Source: Longimicrobiales bacterium
GTDB lineage: Bacteria > Gemmatimonadota > Gemmatimonadetes > Longimicrobiales > Gaopeijiaceae
Direction: 5' to 3'
Assembly (NCBI GenBank): GCA_965218295.1
Contig: CBDCKN010000003.1
Location: forward strand, 128,001-192,000
DNA: 64,000 nucleotides
This document shows positions 27,434-37,765 of the stretch, piece by piece; the stretch's first letter is position 1, and each line of letters begins with the position of its first letter. The notes beneath the pieces are model-generated. The model was not told the origin of the DNA and made no database searches. It saw only the letters and a program-made list of their open reading frames with translations. Position numbers and translations under genes: made by a program.

Positions 27434-28756
27434 TCAGCCGGTTACGTATTCGCGGAAATCGATCATCCTCTGCGCATCAGTTCGGTACGGCATCGGTTTT
27501 GGCTCCAGCCAATCAACGATGTTGCCCTTAATCGAATAGGCGAAGAAGTGATTCCCGGCCGGGTTGTAGTGACCATTAAAGTACCGCCGCATATAGTCGT
27601 CCAGCGATAGTTTGAATGGTTTGAAGTCCTCAACGTGTACTTCGTTCATGTCGAAGTAGCGGAAACCGTTTTGTTTGAGGTAGTCCACAACCTCTTGGTC
27701 GTATCGTGTCCCGGACTCGATCAAGGTTCGCATGGCATCGTACGGGCCGAAATGGACCACGAGAAGCTTCTTGCCGTTCTCCGCGGCGAACCGGCGAGAC
27801 TTGTCGAGGATATATTTCGTCGCGGCGAATGCATAAGTGTTGCGCAGCTTTGCCAGTGATGGTTTCAGGGCATCTGCACGGCTGAAATCGAGGCGAGGCA
27901 GCCGCAGAATCTCACTCAGTCGCTGCAGGCCGGCTTCGTCGAACCCGCCACTGATGTGGCCCGCAACCAACAAGGTCAGCTGCAGCATCAGGTCGTCTTT
28001 GAGCGCCTCGTACATGAAGTCCGCGTCAGTCATTTTGTACAGCTCTTTGGGAGTCTTGAGCAGATTTTCTTTTTCGACCAGGCGCCCCGATTCAAGGTCC
28101 ATTTCGATGTTCGCCCAAAACGTCCCGTTCAGCATCGTCCCGCCGAGGATGTCCCACCAGGGATAAAACACCAGGTATCGACACCTCAGCACGCTGCGGA
28201 AGTAGTCGTCTCCCCACATGTACAAAATGAGATACTCGGCCGAGTTCTCGGTTTTCTCTTCGCGGAGCATGCGGCGGTATGCTTGATAGACCCCGTAGCC
28301 GCCCATGCCGAAGTTTCGAATCGGCTCACCCAAATGTGCTGCCAGGTACTCCTGCCACGTTTCCCCGTCGGAGACCTGATGACACTGTGTAAAACTATTG
28401 CCGTAGGTGTTGATGCGACACGGCCTGTCCCGATACACCTGGTGCGTGCGCATTCCATCGGGCTGGACCGTCGAGATGGTCCCGCTGTTGTCGATGCCAT
28501 CCTGCGGCATAAAGTTCCCCAGGATATACCCAAGTTCGGGATCGAATTGCGCCCACGAATCCTGGTGCAGAAAGACATCCAGCACCTCTTTCTTCAGAGC
28601 ACCCCGACGGACGTAATCTTTGTAGCTGGGCCGATCCTTCGTATCCCAATCGGCGGCGAAGGCGGCGGATTTAATTCGCGTTGATGCAGCGGCCACACCA
28701 CCACAGGCAGCAATCAGCTTGGCGATGAATTCCCGGCGGTCAGAATCTGTCTGCAT
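27434..28756 (-). CDS. Tat-exported SGNH/GDSL-like hypothetical protein
   Basis: Twin-arginine DRREFI; TYGNSFT, NFGMGGYG, GHYNPAGNH. Confidence 0.7.
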   Translation of the reverse strand: MQTDSDRREFIAKLIAACGGVAAASTRIKSAAFAADWDTKDRPSYKDYVRRGALKKEVLDVFLHQDSWAQFDPELGYILGNFMPQDGIDNSGTISTVQPDGMRTHQVYRDRPCRINTYGNSFTQCHQVSDGETWQEYLAAHLGEPIRNFGMGGYGVYQAYRRMLREEKTENSAEYLILYMWGDDYFRSVLRCRYLVFYPWWDILGGTMLNGTFWANIEMDLESGRLVEKENLLKTPKELYKMTDADFMYEALKDDLMLQLTLLVAGHISGGFDEAGLQRLSEILRLPRLDFSRADALKPSLAKLRNTYAFAATKYILDKSRRFAAENGKKLLVVHFGPYDAMRTLIESGTRYDQEVVDYLKQNGFRYFDMNEVHVEDFKPFKLSLDDYMRRYFNGHYNPAGNHFFAYSIKGNIVDWLEPKPMPYRTDAQRMIDFREYVTG

Positions 28757-28981
28757 TGTCCACGTCCCCCCATCGTTGTTGCCGTACCATCTCTCGCGAA
28801 TCCATTCGTAACTGTCCGTAACCGGCCAACGCCAATACTGAGATTTGGGTGCCGTCGTTCACCCTGGCCCCATAGAAGGAAAAACAAAGGCCCATTGGCG
28901 GATCGGGAGAACGTGAGGGGGCGGTCCGGACACCATCGGTGACGTGACGCTCGAGCAGGCCGTGCGGGGAGTGTGCCGCCG

Positions 28982-31519
28982 CTACCGCCCGCTCCCACCC
29001 AGCTCTTCGACCTGGGCTTGATAGAGCTGTCGGCCCTGCTCGAACGTGGAGATGACCTCTTCCTTGTGCGCGGGATCGTCCCAGCGATCCATGCCCCTCA
29101 GGTCTTTCAGAGTCTCGTCGATCCACCGGACGAAGAAGGCTGCGTCCGCTCGCGACCGAATCGGTTCTCCGTCCGCGATCACGTACACGGGGTTCGTGTG
29201 CGCGAAGAGATAGCTGTCCATGACGCCGTGCTGCGTCGGGCCCAGTACGCGCGCCGCGATCCAGCCGCTGGACTCTACCGGGATGTCCAGCTCCGCCTCG
29301 ATCGTCCTCGCGCCATTCGCTTCCACCGTGTGCACGATCTCGCCGTTCCGGATGATCTCGAGCCGGTCTATCTCGAAGATGGAGCGCGCCGTAGCCGAAA
29401 CCTGCAAGACGTCGCCTCTCGAGGCCGGCAGCTCCTCTCCCATTCCCCTGCCTGAGACGTCCAGCGAAACGATGGGTCCACTGGTCACGAACGCACGGCC
29501 TGCCGCCATCGCTTCGGCCCACTCGTCATAGTCCAGCTCCTCCTCCCCGGTATAGACGTACGACCGTGTCGTCCCGACGGCGGGATGCCGCCAGATGTCC
29601 GTCATCGCATCCGTCCCGGCCGTGGCCGGAATGCGGGACCCCGTATTCAACAGCCGATACCACACCTCCGCCGTCCCGAGCTCGTCGCTCCATATGCAGG
29701 CCACGTCGACGAAGTCCGCGACTCCGAGAATGGCGTCGACGGGAAGCTCGGTCGTTCCACCGGGGCCGGCCGCGTCCGGATCGCGGTGGTTCAGGCCGAA
29801 CGGATGGACGTAGCCGCCGATCCCGCCCTGCTCGTGGACCTGTCGGAGCACTGTGGCGTTGTCCGGATAGAGCGCCTGGTGCGCCGTACCCACGGAGCCG
29901 ATGTAGAACGGCGTAATGAGCTCGACCAGGTTGAGAAGGGACAGATGGGCGAAGTAGCTCGCACGGTACTCTTCGTTGTAGTAGACGATCGTTCGCGGAT
30001 CGTCGGACGGATGCGGATGTCCGAGGAAGTGCTCCAGATCCTCTACCCTGCTGTTCCCCCAGTAGTTGGCGATCATTCCGTTCGCCACGTTCAGATCCTC
30101 AGCCTGCGCCTTGTTTCTCAGATCGATCGGCTGAACGAAGTAGTGGCCGCCGTAGTTCGGATGGATGTGATTGTCGCCGGAATACCAACCGTCGCCAGCC
30201 ATGTCGATCCACCGGTTCAGCTCGACCTCGACCGTCGTCCACTCCCCGGGCCGTACATCGACCGTTCGCTCGATGGGCTCGTACTCGAAGCCACGCCACA
30301 CCTCGAGCGCGGCCTCTCCCACGGGCATCGTCACCGAGAAGCTGCCGTCCGTGTGGAAGTAGTAGTCTTCCGTAACGCTCACGACTCGGGGAAAGCTTCC
30401 ATCCGGGAAGTAGCTGCGTCCGTCGGATCCCTGCAGGTAGATGCGGGACGGGAGCAGCTCCCCGTCCGAACCACTCACACGGACACGGACCGACCCGGTC
30501 GGCTCCGACCAGGCGTAGTCCTCGATCCGAACCCGCTGTGGCTCACCACCACCCCTCCCGACGGTGTAGAGCGCGAAGCCCATCCCCCGGTCTGCCGTTC
30601 GCCGCTGATCCGGCGTCCCGCCGTTGCGCGCAAAGACGAGCCGCTCGCCGTCCGGGGACCAGGCGGGGAAGTACTCGTCGGTTCTCGTGTGGGTCAGACG
30701 TACCGGCTGGATGCCACGCGCCGCTTTCCGGCTCGGCACCAGGTACAGATCGTTGCTCCCGGACGCATCGGTGATGTACGCGACCGCTCCGCCGTGGGGA
30801 GCGACCACGGGCGCCGCCTGGTAGTTGGTCTCCATCCGGAGCAGCAACTCCGCCCGGGATGTCGAGGCACTCCACCGCCAGAGGGACCCCGAGCCCAGGG
30901 CGGCCTCACCGCGCTTCGAGACGAACACCAGGTCTCCCGCGTCGCCGATCCAGTCACCGGCCATGTTGTTCTGGTCGGTCGTCACCACCGGCTCGGCGAC
31001 ATCTCGCTCCACGTCGTAGGCCCAGAGGTCGAACGTCCCGCTGCGGGCGGTCGTGAACAGGATATGGGACCCGTCGGGCGACCACCGGGGGCGCAGGTCG
31101 AGGTAATGGATCGGTCGTGATGCGACGTGACGCACCGCTCGCTCGGTCGAGAACATAGATGTCGAAGTTGCGATCCACGTCGGCCGCATTTAGGCCACGC
31201 TGCGCCCGTCGGGCGACCAGGTCGGCTGGGAGTGATACCCCGGGCCGGTCGTCAGCTGACGCGCCACTCCGCCCTCGACGGGCACGACCCAGATCCTTCC
31301 CTGATACGCGAAGGCCAAGGACTCGCCGTCGGGAGACCAGGAAGGATAGGTCGGCGATGCCGTCACGGGAGGCGGAAAGTAGCTTTCCATGTACATCTTT
31401 CCCGCCACAGGCCATGAGCCCAGGGAAGGGTAGCCCCCTGGGAAGGGACCCGGGTACTCGGATGAATCCTGCGCCGAGGCCGGGCCCGCGATCAGCAGCA
31501 CGCACGCGAGCAGATTCAC
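28982..31519 (-). CDS. CehA/McbA-type PHP metallohydrolase with N-terminal PD40/TolB-like repeats (two compensating frameshifts near 31110-31190)
   Basis: Repeated PxWSPDG motifs; WYSGDNHIH, NEEYR..FAHL, GYVHPF, TAGTD, FAHTNP. The segment AADVDRNFDIYVLD lies in another frame between the two ORFs. Start uncertain. Confidence 0.8.
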
Positions 31520-31671
31520 TCCTTCCAGGACGGGCCGGGCTGGCGAGAACGACGTGCGTCGAACTCCTCGTGGGTGCTGTCGCTTCAAGTCGGCCACCTG
31601 GATTCGGTGGTGCTGCCTCGATGGGCGCGTTCGGATCGCAATGTAGGAGGCGATCGGACCCGGGCGCCAGG

Positions 31672-31745
31672 CAAAAGCAACTCAGGCCGCTCAGCACGAA
31701 ACGTGGGCTCTGTCGTCACCTTGACCGCCATCATTCGGCGATCTC
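31672..31745 (-). pseudogene. Possible scrap of a PD40-propeller protein C-terminus
   Basis: RMMAVKVTTEPTFRAERPELL resembles the xMAVxVxTxPTFxxxxPxxLF blade seen in Ser/Thr kinase-PD40 fusions; recognised from memory only. Confidence 0.4.
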
Positions 31746-31845
31746 TCGCGCCTCCTGTAGATGCGTTGCGATTCCCGCTTCGGCCTAACCGAGCTGAGTA
31801 ACCCGCCTGTGCCATCCCCGGTGCGCCGCATAGCTTCATGCCCAC

Positions 31846-32445
31846 ATGGAAGAACCGAACGAGAGACCTCCAGACCACCGGTACGGGACCCTGCTCGCGG
31901 AAGTCAGGGCGAGCGGCATGGCTGCGAACGCTACGGCCCTCTACGCCGCTCATGTCGCCGGACTGATCGTTCCCCTTCTGACGATCCCGTATCTGGCCCG
32001 GGTTCTTAGGCCGACAGGTTGGGGGCTCGTCGTATTCGCCCAATCGTTTAGAGCATGGTTGGCCCTCGTCACGGAGTATGGCTTCGATCTGTCAGGTACG
32101 CGGGCCGTGGCTCGAGTCGGCGCAGATCGATCACGACTCTCCGAAGTCGTGGCTGGAGTGCAGGGGGCCAAGCTCTTGACCCTCCTCTGCGTACCGGTTG
32201 GCCTTATCGCCGTGTATATGGCCGCTCCGGCGTTTCAGCGAGAACCTGCCCTCCTACTCTGGGCCGGCGCCTTTGCCGTGGCCCGCGGGCTCAGCCCGAT
32301 GTGGTATTTCCTGGGCCTGGAACGTATGAGGGCCCCCTCGGCATTGGATGCCGGTACAAAGATCCTGGCTGCGCTCGGGGTGTTCATTTGGTCGCTGGGA
32401 GCACAAGGCTGGGCCCGGCACGCTGCCTTTCTCATTGGAGCCTGA
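31846..32445 (+). pseudogene. Truncated Wzx-type oligosaccharide flippase (N-terminal ~180 aa)
   Basis: NATALY..HVAGLIVPLLTIPYLARVL...FAQS...EYGFDLSGTRAVA...PMWYFLGLERM; breaks off well short of the usual ~400 aa. Confidence 0.75.
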
Positions 32446-32567
32446 CGAGCGTAAGGGTGGCATTCTGCAATGGTGTTCGGCGAAGGGGGCCACGGCCTCT
32501 GTGCGACACGGGCGGATGCCCGTACCGTTAGTAGTTAGTAGTGGTAGCACCGAAGAGGGGAGGAGCC

Positions 32568-33317
32568 TTGCCGAAAACGATGCGCCCATTTCTGCTCGCC
32601 GCCGCGGCTGTCGCTGCGCTCGTCGCCGGGTGCTTGTCACCGCCGGCCGACACCGACGCCGAGACCGTCATCGTCGTTCACGGGCTCCGCCGGACGCCCG
32701 CGTCGATGGCGATCCTCGTCGAGCGACTCGAGGCCGCCGGATTCCGGGTGCTGAACTTCGGCTACCCGTCCACCGAGGAGCCCATCGAGAGCCTGGTCGG
32801 CCGCCTAAGGGGCCAGTTGGAGGAGTGCTGTGCCCAGGGGATGGAACGCGTCCACTTCGTGACCCACTCCATGGGAGGCATTCTCGTGCGACTCTATCTC
32901 GCGGAGCACTCGCCGAATCACGTCGGACGGGTCGTGATGCTCGCCCCTCCCAACCAGGGGAGCGAGATAGCCGACTTCGTCGCCGATCTCGTCGCCGAGT
33001 CACCCGTCCTCAGCAATATCCTCGGGCCGACCGGATCACGCCTCGGGACGGACAGCACAGGCATCGCACAGCAGCTCGGTCCGGCCGACTTCGAGCTGGG
33101 GATCATCACCGGGAATCGGAGCGTGAACCCCATCGGCTCGTGGCTCATCCCCGGTCCTGACGACGGCAAGGTGGCGGTGGATCGAGCCCGCCTCGATGGG
33201 GCTGCAGCGTTCCTCGTCATCGGGGCCACCCATACGTTCATCATGAACCGCCGTGACGTGGCGGATCAGACCATCCATTTCGTCCGGGAAGGCAGGTTCT
33301 CGGCAGACACGCCTTGA
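32568..33317 (+). CDS. Alpha/beta hydrolase (lipase/esterase-like), probable lipoprotein
   Basis: LVAGC lipobox-like; VHGL, THSMGG, APPNQGS, DDGKV, HTFIM. Confidence 0.85.
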   Translation: MPKTMRPFLLAAAAVAALVAGCLSPPADTDAETVIVVHGLRRTPASMAILVERLEAAGFRVLNFGYPSTEEPIESLVGRLRGQLEECCAQGMERVHFVTHSMGGILVRLYLAEHSPNHVGRVVMLAPPNQGSEIADFVADLVAESPVLSNILGPTGSRLGTDSTGIAQQLGPADFELGIITGNRSVNPIGSWLIPGPDDGKVAVDRARLDGAAAFLVIGATHTFIMNRRDVADQTIHFVREGRFSADTP

Positions 33318-33339
33318 GGACGGTGGAGCCGCCAGTGGT

Positions 33340-35724
33340 CTAAGGCTCCACATCAATGCTCCCCCCACGGAAGAGGACGGCCGCAGCCATCGCGTACGAA
33401 ATCCCGCCCACAAGCAGCACCACTGGAGATCCGGCCTCGACGGCGATGAGGGCGGCCAGCGGAGCGGCCACCACCGAGGCGAAGCCGTTGGCGGCCCACG
33501 CCCACGCCGTGCAGGGCACATCGCCCCCGGCAAGAGCTCGTAGCCCCACCGGAAAGGGCACCCCCATGAGGAATCCCAACGGCGCCACGGCGAGCACTCC
33601 GAAGCCCGCCCGCGCCGCCAGCGGCAGCGGTTGGAGGAGATGCACGAGGCGGAGCAGTGCTCCCGAGTAGACCAACAACAGCGCCACTATTCCCAGGAGC
33701 AGCATCCATCCGCGATGGGCCGCGATCCGATCCGACCAGATGCTCCCCAAGCCAGAGCTGGTGAGGAACGCGACCAGAACGGCCGTCACGGCGTACACCG
33801 GATGTCCGAGGAGAAGGCTGAGCTGCTGGATGGCGGCGATCTCGGCGGCCAGATAGGCCAGACCGATAGCCGCGAAATACCCCAGGATCGGCACCAACCG
33901 GCCCGAACCGACCGAGCCCACGCCCAGCGCCGCCGGCACCAGGATGGCACCGGCCGCGAGCACCACGCTTTGGAGGAGCGTCGCCAGCAAGGCCATGTAT
34001 CCCCACTCGGCGAACGGGAGCCAATCGGCTCGGTCGCCGCCCAGGAACACGCCGATGGAGCCGGCCCGGAGAAACTGGTGCGGATAGGGGCGTGCGTCGT
34101 CGACGGGCTCGACGTCGAATGGATAGTTCGCCGCCCACTCGGTCGCCTCGTCGCGACCGACTGTAGCCGTAGCCGCGGCCTCGAAAAGCACGGGGTCGTC
34201 GATCAGGTGATATGTGGTCACCGGAGTGGTGAGATCGGGGCGCCAGTCGATGTCGAATGCCCTCCTCCCGGTCCATTCCTCGAGGGCCGCGACATCGGCG
34301 GAGGTGAAGCCAGACGGCTTCACCAGCACAGTCGCCGTCGCCCAACTCCGCATCACTACCAGCCCGTTCGCCACGGCTTGGGGCGCCGTACGACGCAACG
34401 CCTCCACGGCAGTCAGGATGACCCGAATCGACTCTCGCGGTGGGATGCTCAGCCACCTGGTGACCGCCAGGACTCCCCCGGGGCCGAGTAGATCGAGATA
34501 GGCGACGTACGCGTCAACGGTGTGAAGGAAGTCCTCGTTGAGCGCGTGCACGCCGGCGGCGGTTGTCCCGAATCCGCCGCCCGAGCCGAGAGTGACGAGG
34601 TCGAACCGCTCCCGAGTCCGCGCCACGAAGGCCCGAGCGTCACCGATCACCCACTCGATTTCGGCGTCGAGGATACGCTCGGAGGTCGCCGCCAGTCGGG
34701 CCACGTCGGGATGGAGCTCGACCGCCCAGACCTCGAGAGCCCCGTGTACAGCCGCATTCCAGAGCTCCGTCCCTCCCCCAACCCCCAACACGAGCACTCG
34801 CTCACGTCCTCCCAAGGCATACGGCAGAGCGGACGGCAGCCAGTCGAGAACGCCGGTGTCCACGCTGTCGTCTGCCCAGTCTGCCAGAGCTCCGGCAAGT
34901 TGCCCGTCCACGAAGATCCCGGTCTGCGGGGGGAGCGATCCCCGGTACCCGAGGGAGAGACCGGGGGCACTGCGAAACGCGGGTGCTTCCACGGCCACGA
35001 CCCAGCCGATGGGTGACGCATACTCGGCGACGCGGCGGGCATCCGGGAAGGCCTCGACCTGAGGTAGTGCCTTATAGGGCGTGACATCCAGCCGCCAGAG
35101 AGGGTGCACCAGCACGGCCAGCGAGGCTGCCACGGCGGTCCATCCCACTCCCGCGGGCAAACGGGAATCGACCCGCGGAACCACCACCGCGGCCACCGCC
35201 CCGAGCACGGCAGGTACCGCCAGAGCCCGCTCCGGAAGAAACCAGATCAGCGCAGCCGTGGCCAAGAGAGCACCGGCCCCGGAGCCAAGAAAGCTCGCGC
35301 CGTAGATGAGGCCGGGCCGCTCCGACTCCAGCGTGAGCGCGAGCAGGATCGCTACGGCGGCCAAGCCGAAGGGGAGCGCAAGGAGGAGATATACGAGCCC
35401 GAGCCTGAGCCACTGGCCGAGGCCCCATGCAATCTGCGTCGGATCCAGGGACACTGTGTGGGTCAGCGCAGGACTTGCGATCAGCGCCACCGCCGCCGCC
35501 GCCGCGGAGAAGGCCAACCAACGGCTGGCGCTGTGGAGAGGGAGGCGCCCCGCCATTGCGACGAGCGTACCGGCGGCCCCGAACCCCAGCATGGCGACGC
35601 CCACCGCCATGTAGGCGAAGTGGTGGAACTGCTCGATGGCGAAGACCCGCACCAGCAGCACTTCGTACGCCAGGACAGCAGCGGAGAGCAGCGCGACGGC
35701 GACCGACCTCCGATGCCGGGTCAC
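33340..35724 (-). CDS. Spermidine-synthase-like SAM-binding domain flanked by two multi-TM bundles
   Basis: N- and C-terminal hydrophobic blocks around VLVLGVGGG...AVELHP...GDAR...FDLV and DDARPY; C-terminal WAWAANG..SV. Confidence 0.8.
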   Translation of the reverse strand: MTRHRRSVAVALLSAAVLAYEVLLVRVFAIEQFHHFAYMAVGVAMLGFGAAGTLVAMAGRLPLHSASRWLAFSAAAAAVALIASPALTHTVSLDPTQIAWGLGQWLRLGLVYLLLALPFGLAAVAILLALTLESERPGLIYGASFLGSGAGALLATAALIWFLPERALAVPAVLGAVAAVVVPRVDSRLPAGVGWTAVAASLAVLVHPLWRLDVTPYKALPQVEAFPDARRVAEYASPIGWVVAVEAPAFRSAPGLSLGYRGSLPPQTGIFVDGQLAGALADWADDSVDTGVLDWLPSALPYALGGRERVLVLGVGGGTELWNAAVHGALEVWAVELHPDVARLAATSERILDAEIEWVIGDARAFVARTRERFDLVTLGSGGGFGTTAAGVHALNEDFLHTVDAYVAYLDLLGPGGVLAVTRWLSIPPRESIRVILTAVEALRRTAPQAVANGLVVMRSWATATVLVKPSGFTSADVAALEEWTGRRAFDIDWRPDLTTPVTTYHLIDDPVLFEAAATATVGRDEATEWAANYPFDVEPVDDARPYPHQFLRAGSIGVFLGGDRADWLPFAEWGYMALLATLLQSVVLAAGAILVPAALGVGSVGSGRLVPILGYFAAIGLAYLAAEIAAIQQLSLLLGHPVYAVTAVLVAFLTSSGLGSIWSDRIAAHRGWMLLLGIVALLLVYSGALLRLVHLLQPLPLAARAGFGVLAVAPLGFLMGVPFPVGLRALAGGDVPCTAWAWAANGFASVVAAPLAALIAVEAGSPVVLLVGGISYAMAAAVLFRGGSIDVEP

Positions 35725-35727
35725 TGG

Positions 35728-36456
35728 TCAGCGGAGACCTTTGAGTATCGGCACGAATCTCACCGGGAGCACGTTCCGCGTGCGGACCTCCTCGTGGGTC
35801 ACTTTCTCCACCAGGATCAGGTGCTGCACGCCGTAGAGGCTCCCCACCGGGATGATCATGCGGCCACCCACCTTGAGCTGCTCGATGAGAGCCGGCGGAA
35901 TAGAGCCGCCCGCCGCCGTTACAATGACGGCGTCGTAGGGGGCATGTCTGCTCCATCCGTAGCGCCCGTCGGCATGCCGGGTGGTGACGTTGTCGAAACC
36001 GAGGCGCTGAAGGCGCTCCGTCGCTTGCGTCGCAAGGGCCTCGAAGATCTCCATGGTGTAGACGTCGCACCCGACCTCGGCCAAAACGGCCGTCTGGTAC
36101 CCGGATCCCGTTCCCAACTCGAGGACCTTCATACCCGGCGAGAGCCCAAGGATCTCCGTCATGAGCGCCACGATGTACGGCTGGGAGATTGTCTGCCCGT
36201 GACCGATGGGAAGGGGGCGGTTCTCGTAGGCGTGCGGCCGGTACTTGGCTGGAACGAACTCGTGACGAGGGACGGCGCCGATGGCGCGAAGCGTCTCCGT
36301 GTCCACGATGCCGTCGCTCCGAATGACCGACACCATCTCCGCCCTCTGCTGGCGGAAGAGGGCATCCGCGGGATCATCTGGATTCTGTCCCGCTGCATTC
36401 GGTGGGTTCGCGGTGCATACGGCCAGCGCCAGCACGCCCGCGAGATAAGGCCTCAT
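35728..36456 (-). CDS. pcm: Protein-L-isoaspartate O-methyltransferase with signal-like N-terminus
   Basis: VPRHEFVP, AYENRPLPIG.GQTISQPYIVA, VLELGTGSGYQ, APYDAVIVTA, VRFVP. Confidence 0.92.
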   Translation of the reverse strand: MRPYLAGVLALAVCTANPPNAAGQNPDDPADALFRQQRAEMVSVIRSDGIVDTETLRAIGAVPRHEFVPAKYRPHAYENRPLPIGHGQTISQPYIVALMTEILGLSPGMKVLELGTGSGYQTAVLAEVGCDVYTMEIFEALATQATERLQRLGFDNVTTRHADGRYGWSRHAPYDAVIVTAAGGSIPPALIEQLKVGGRMIIPVGSLYGVQHLILVEKVTHEEVRTRNVLPVRFVPILKGLR

Positions 36457-36522
36457 CGGGGTCGCCTTTCGGTTCTCCGTAACTTTCCGACGACGGGCCG
36501 AAGAGGTCAAGGGGGAGCCGAG

Positions 36523-36840
36523 CTAGAGCTTCAGAGCGCCCCGAAGAACCGCGAGAGCTCCTCCGCTAGTAATGTCTCCGATTTTTTCCGCCAACTCCTG
36601 ACCCACTGCGCCGAGCACCCTGATGCGATCGATGACGGTCGCGATCGCCTCGTTCCTGTCGGTGGCGCCTCGAACGATTTCGGTCAAGCTGTCATACGTC
36701 GCTTGGTCGCTGAGCTTCAGGTCGTCGAAGATCTGCTCCAGCTGGGCAGCCTGTTGGATGATCGCGTCAAGCTGGTCACCGACGGCCGTATCCCCCGCTC
36801 CCCGGGCTCTCCTCCGGGCCTCCGCAAAGTCTCTTGCCAC
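36523..36840 (-). CDS. Hypothetical small helical protein
   Basis: 105-aa ORF, GTG start with AAGGA RBS, co-oriented with the upstream lipoprotein. Confidence 0.65.
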   Translation of the reverse strand: MARDFAEARRRARGAGDTAVGDQLDAIIQQAAQLEQIFDDLKLSDQATYDSLTEIVRGATDRNEAIATVIDRIRVLGAVGQELAEKIGDITSGGALAVLRGALKL

Positions 36841-36879
36841 GGTTGATCTTCCTTTCTGGAGAAGCCTGCCTGGACCCGC

Positions 36880-37500
36880 TTATCCGGGGTTATTGCCTGT
36901 CGCACCCAGCGCCGCCGACGCGCCCCTGATCTTCTCGGTGGCGTCGGCCGCGAAGTTGGACGCCTCGGTGATATCATTCGCGATCTCGTTCCGAAGATCC
37001 TTCAGCCCCGCTGCCTCGAGGACGCTATCCTGCAGGCCTTCCACCTTGAGCACGCTGTTCAGGTGGGCCGTCACGGCGGCATTAGCACTTATGGTGCGGT
37101 CGAAAGCTTCGTCGATCTTGGCGAGGAGCGCAGTCTCCCTCGTATTCACGGACTCGACGAACTCCGATCGTTTGGCGTCGATGTCCTCGATCGCCGCTCT
37201 TGCCCACCCCTCGAGATCCTCCCAGTTCTCCTCCCTCGCGATCTCGAGTAGCTCGCCCTCCCTGACGAAGGTCTTGAGATACGCCGGGGTCCAGACCTCG
37301 TCGATGACGACGAGCCCGTTCCGCCGCATCTGCTCGAAGGAGAACCTGACCGTGTTCTTGTAGCCCGAGTACAGCTGCTGGATGTCTTCCCCAACGGCCA
37401 TGGAGAGCGCTACGGTTTCCTTCGGGACGCTGGCGCAGCCCGAGAGCCAAAGGAACCAGATGCAACTCCAGCCTCGGAAAATGACTCTTCGGTAGTTCAC
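36880..37500 (-). CDS. Hypothetical lipoprotein (all-helical/coiled-coil)
   Basis: GTG start after AAGGAGG; lipobox LSGC-ASVPKE. Confidence 0.7.
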   Translation of the reverse strand: MNYRRVIFRGWSCIWFLWLSGCASVPKETVALSMAVGEDIQQLYSGYKNTVRFSFEQMRRNGLVVIDEVWTPAYLKTFVREGELLEIAREENWEDLEGWARAAIEDIDAKRSEFVESVNTRETALLAKIDEAFDRTISANAAVTAHLNSVLKVEGLQDSVLEAAGLKDLRNEIANDITEASNFAADATEKIRGASAALGATGNNPG

Positions 37501-37765
37501 GCGTCTCACGCCTCCTTTTCTGCGAACCCCACCGACTCGTCTGCAAGAGATCCGCCTTCCACGAGGGAAGTCGCAAGATGAATGGGTCACTGTCTCCATC
37601 GGAGACACATTGTGCCGTGACTCTGCTTCCCCGCCAAACGAATCGGTGGCGAAATCCGGAACGACCGGCGGTGCTCGTCTGCCAGTGCCGCAGGACCGTC
37701 AGGGGGGGCGACGCGGGGGAGGCTGCCTGCGGGGGAGTTGACTCTACGCCGAGCCCTTCAGGGGG

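Noticed and set aside
31105..31195. Programmed frameshift or readthrough in the PHP hydrolase gene
   Set aside because: Two nearby compensating indels with no slippery heptamer; sequencing error is simpler.
31783..31800. Second attC-like half-site (minus strand ACTCAGCTCG-GTTAGGC)
   Set aside because: Spacing between the putative L' box and core is too short, no cassette ORF follows, and a 7-mer match is expected by chance.
32527..32542. GTTAGTA tandem repeat upstream of the alpha/beta hydrolase
   Set aside because: Only about two units; too short to support a function.
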